DNA of 64,000 nt. Origin: an uncultured virus (IMG/VR IMGVR_UViG_3300045004_000209). Taxonomy: Duplodnaviria; Heunggongvirae; Uroviricota; Caudoviricetes. The number at the start of each line of letters is the position of its first letter. Positions within the stretch are counted from its first letter, which is position 1. The position numbers were made by a program, and so were the translations under genes. A model generated the notes under the pieces. That model was not told the DNA's origin. It made no database searches and saw only the letters and a program-made list of their open reading frames with translations. Shown here piece after piece: positions 60,563-64,000 of the stretch. The DNA lies in the IMG/VR virus record IMGVR_UViG_3300045004_000209; one strand, given 5' to 3'.

Positions 60563-63500
60563 CTAGACCAACTCCATCACTGCAACTTCCATACTTCGAA
60601 AGAGGGGACAGATATTCTGCTACCGTTGATAAGAGCAGGATGATGATGATAGACGAGCAGTTGCACGCATTTTATTCTGCTATTGGTGATGGCGTTGCAT
60701 ACGGTTTGGATTTTAGTTTGATTGGTGAATATGTTTTCATATCTAGCGGTGCGGCTTTCATTAACGGAATCTTTTCGCAGCTCATGCTTGAGCGCTATTG
60801 CCAATATCCAAATGTTGGCGAGGGGGTGTTCTTGAAGAAGCAGACCAATATGATTTCTAAGGTTGGTAATTTTTCTTCAAGCCGAAAAGTTGTTGTTAAC
60901 GATGCATCTCCTGCATCCCCACCAACTTTTAATGCATACGTATCAGACGATTTTGCTTTTATTTATTTTAATTGGAATGAAGCTTCTATAACAACATCAT
61001 ATGCATATCTGATCATTGATAATATTTATGTTGCACAAATATCAAGATCTGATGATATTTTTCAGCACCCGATTAGCGAAGGATCTTCCATATCTCTGAA
61101 GATGCAAGCTTTCGGACGTGATGACACTCCTGGATTGTTTTCGGAAGAAGTATTAGTAAGTAGGCCATTTGCGGATGTGATTCCGCCAATTCCAACTGGT
61201 GTTGCCGCCGTAGAAAACAATGCATCTATTTGTGTTGTTTTTGACAAGTCTGCGTCCGGGTTGATTGATAAAAAAATTGTCTCTTGGAGACGGGTGGATG
61301 TTTTTGGGAATGAAGTTGGTGATGAATTTTCTATTGAAGTGCCTGTCTCTAAATCACATTTTATTATAAGAGATTTGATTAATGGATTTAGATATAGAGT
61401 ATCTATATATAACAGGTCAATCTACGGAAAGACATCAGCTTCGGTAAACAAATATCTTGTTCCAACATCTGCTGCGCAAATTGGAGATGTCGATGATATT
61501 GATGCCATCATTTTGAGAAACCCACTTGGTAGTTTTTATCTTTCAGTATCTGCCATATCTGTTGATGGATATGATCCATATGATCCCATGAATAATCTTT
61601 ATTTAAGGATACACAAGAACGGTAACTTTGGTTTTGTTTGGACATCTAAAGATATCAAGATGCCAAATAGTGGCAATATCGAACTTTATACCGTGCAGGC
61701 TATGCAGGGTTCTTCTTTTACTACTCAGTATTTTGAAGACAAGTCAACTTACACGATTGTTTTGTTCAGAAAAGTCGGTCAGTCTCAGACAAGGGGAAGA
61801 TTTACAAGGGTAATTTCTGGAGATTCTACGCCCCCACCACCCGTTGTTGACATATCAGGATTTTTTTCCGTCGGCGGATCAGTAAGGTTTAATTGGGCTC
61901 ATCAAGACCCTTCTGATGTTTCTTACTATGAACTGTCTGTGGTTTCATATCAGATACAAGAAAGGATAGAAATTTTAAATGAAGATCCATCTGATTCGAT
62001 TTATATAGCAAGGCGTTATTCGGGCAACATGTGTGATTTTAATTTTACCATATCCGGGGTTACATTAAGGATACAGGGAGTTGATGATAGCAACTTTACG
62101 CCTGTAGATGGTTTTTCTGAAGTGTCCTTCGATTTGACTGACAAGAACATAACAGATGTCATTGCGTTTATTAACTATGCCAACATTAGGATGAAATCTA
62201 AAGTTACGGGTATTACTTACAGCATGTTTCAACTTATAGAAGCAAGACCTGCTTTTTCTTTTTGGTTTAATCCTGCTTTAACTCGTGACGGGATAAATAT
62301 ATCTTCGCCATCTCTTCCTGCACAAAAGTTGGCAGCAACGAGTAATGCAAGATTGGCGGATACATCACCTATTCTTTTTAGAATGGGGGAATTTAATTCG
62401 GACATCACCGACGATGGAACTGGAGGCTTTTTTGCTTCTGGCGGCATAATTTTACAGGTTAAAGATTCTTCAGCTTCACCAACAACTTACACATATACGA
62501 CAGGTCAGCAAATCGCACAGGTTTCTCAAAAAACAAAACTGAGGACATATTTGCTCCCCTCAGGACTGACAAAACCAAAAACAAAATATAGTATATCGAT
62601 TGTTGCGGTTGATGAGTATAACAATAAATCCATCGCATCTTCTTTTGATCTTTTTAGCCCCTTCATTGATGACATGCCTGCTCCTGGGGAGTTGGATGGA
62701 GTTTTCTCTGCAGTTGTACAAGATGGCATCATGGTTACGTGGAATGGAAAATCACGACTTCCCGCAAGGAAGTTTTTAGTATACAGAAGTCAAGTTGACT
62801 CATCTGGCTCTCTTGGTCCATATGGGCTGATTGCGGAGATTGATCCAAGTTCTTATGAATATCTAGATCTCATGGTTCTGGACGGGAATTCCTACTCCTA
62901 CCGCATAGGATATGAAAATTTTTGGGGCGCTAGGAGCATGCGTCCAGAAACATACGAATTAGAGGGTAAAATCGGAGTTCTTACCACTTTTGTGAGCAGG
63001 TCAGAAAATCCAGGACCTACTGGTCTTTCTTCACAATTTATAAATGACGACTATGTATTGTCTTGGAATGAATACACAATACCTGTAGATGGATTTGAGT
63101 TGTATGTTTCTGATCCTTCTACAGGTAGATTCTCTAGAGTTGGTTCTTCAGATAGTAAATCAAAAACATACACCTTAAGAAATTTTAAACTAGCCAACGG
63201 AGAATACAGGTTTGCTATCAGGTCTATTGTGTCTGAATGCTCAGTGGTCACGGCTCAAATCACCAACCCTCCAGATAGTAGCATGCTATTGTTCTCAAGA
63301 TCTCAAAATGGATCATTAAAAGACGAGCGTAGATTGCTTTCTAACATGATTGATCCTGTTGTTGAGAATGCTGAAGAATTGATTGCCGAGCACAGACATT
63401 TCAGATTGGATGATAACAACGATTTCAGAATAGATTTGAGTGATCTATATTTGATAGATAAATATGTTTCTGAAGACAGGTTGACATACATCCCTTCATC

Positions 63501-64000
63501 GCCTATTGAGGTTGGAATTGACCCATCTCATGGTGTTGTATTTGTAAACAATTCAGTAACTTCTGTTGGTTATCAAATATTCGGTGATGGATCCATAAAT
63601 TTTGTGGAAGAGCTTCCAGATGATTCTGTAGTTAAATCTGTAGTTTTTGGAACTTCTGAAGTCGAAGGAGTTTTGGACGGGGAGCAGATTGGCATACTTT
63701 CTGCAGGTCAATTAACATCTGGGACTGTCAGTAGGGGTGTTATCCCATCCGTAAATCATGACGAGACATTCATGGACATGCTGCCTATGACATGCATCAT
63801 GCAATCAGCAGACAATTTTAGATGGTTTGCTACTGTAAACGAAAGAAACAAGATTAGATTATATTCTGAATCTGACTCCCAATATTCAGAAGTCGCTATT
63901 GAGTTGGCTGGTGCAGAGGTTGATACCCATCTTGGTTCTGTCCCTAGTTCATTCCCCATATCTAGAGGCAGTGCTCGTGCATTTATACATGACATGGAGT
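60559..64000 (+). CDS. 3'-truncated large tail fibre/appendage protein with FN3 domains (>1147 aa), paralog of 31929..35597
   Basis: Absent from the ORF track because it has no stop in the window. ATG 60559 overlaps the upstream TGA. Reads MTRPTPSLQLPYFERGDRYSA...IDEQLHAFYSAIGDGVAYGL...ISSGAAFING, then FN3-like segments (DLINGFRYRVSI, DSTPPPPVG..VRFNW, LTKPKTKYSISIVAVDEYNNKS). Confidence 0.85.
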   Translation, partial: MTRPTPSLQLPYFERGDRYSATVDKSRMMMIDEQLHAFYSAIGDGVAYGLDFSLIGEYVFISSGAAFINGIFSQLMLERYCQYPNVGEGVFLKKQTNMISKVGNFSSSRKVVVNDASPASPPTFNAYVSDDFAFIYFNWNEASITTSYAYLIIDNIYVAQISRSDDIFQHPISEGSSISLKMQAFGRDDTPGLFSEEVLVSRPFADVIPPIPTGVAAVENNASICVVFDKSASGLIDKKIVSWRRVDVFGNEVGDEFSIEVPVSKSHFIIRDLINGFRYRVSIYNRSIYGKTSASVNKYLVPTSAAQIGDVDDIDAIILRNPLGSFYLSVSAISVDGYDPYDPMNNLYLRIHKNGNFGFVWTSKDIKMPNSGNIELYTVQAMQGSSFTTQYFEDKSTYTIVLFRKVGQSQTRGRFTRVISGDSTPPPPVVDISGFFSVGGSVRFNWAHQDPSDVSYYELSVVSYQIQERIEILNEDPSDSIYIARRYSGNMCDFNFTISGVTLRIQGVDDSNFTPVDGFSEVSFDLTDKNITDVIAFINYANIRMKSKVTGITYSMFQLIEARPAFSFWFNPALTRDGINISSPSLPAQKLAATSNARLADTSPILFRMGEFNSDITDDGTGGFFASGGIILQVKDSSASPTTYTYTTGQQIAQVSQKTKLRTYLLPSGLTKPKTKYSISIVAVDEYNNKSIASSFDLFSPFIDDMPAPGELDGVFSAVVQDGIMVTWNGKSRLPARKFLVYRSQVDSSGSLGPYGLIAEIDPSSYEYLDLMVLDGNSYSYRIGYENFWGARSMRPETYELEGKIGVLTTFVSRSENPGPTGLSSQFINDDYVLSWNEYTIPVDGFELYVSDPSTGRFSRVGSSDSKSKTYTLRNFKLANGEYRFAIRSIVSECSVVTAQITNPPDSSMLLFSRSQNGSLKDERRLLSNMIDPVVENAEELIAEHRHFRLDDNNDFRIDLSDLYLIDKYVSEDRLTYIPSSPIEVGIDPSHGVVFVNNSVTSVGYQIFGDGSINFVEELPDDSVVKSVVFGTSEVEGVLDGEQIGILSAGQLTSGTVSRGVIPSVNHDETFMDMLPMTCIMQSADNFRWFATVNERNKIRLYSESDSQYSEVAIELAGAEVDTHLGSVPSSFPISRGSARAFIHDME

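Noticed and set aside
1..64000. Alternative genetic code, tRNAs, introns/inteins, IS elements, tail sheath, eCIS/tailocin
   Set aside because: TAA, TAG and TGA all end genes at tight junctions and ORFs are long in the standard code. Intergenic gaps are tiny with no cloverleaf seen. No transposase, homing endonuclease, intein or sheath motifs recognised. Capsid genes argue against a tailocin.

Overview
The whole window is the virion-morphogenesis (late) region of a large tailed dsDNA phage (Caudoviricetes). It uses the standard genetic code and is densely coded, almost entirely on the + strand, with many ATGA/TGATG overlaps. Gene order: acidic, repeat-containing scaffold/prohead protein (5' truncated), decoration protein, HK97-fold major capsid protein, strong terminator, accessory head/neck block (glycosyltransferases, subtilisin-like protease, neck protein, PhoH, Zn-ribbon protein, actin-superfamily ATPase resembling volactin), head-tail joining and tail-terminator-like genes, tail tube, tail chaperone with a clear -1 frameshift plus a paralogous second chaperone, tape measure, then about 41 kb of very large tail-tip/appendage proteins (1515, 1350, 1222, 2660, 1333, 2726 and >1147 aa). 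No sheath gene is recognisable here. The most interesting candidates are (1) a Zn-ribbon/adaptor/volactin-like actin module inside the head-neck operon, (2) four glycosyltransferases interleaved with structural genes, suggesting virion glycosylation, and (3) a small N-terminal module shared by a glycosyltransferase and the actin-adjacent protein, which may link the two. All family assignments come from motif recognition by eye; no database search was run.
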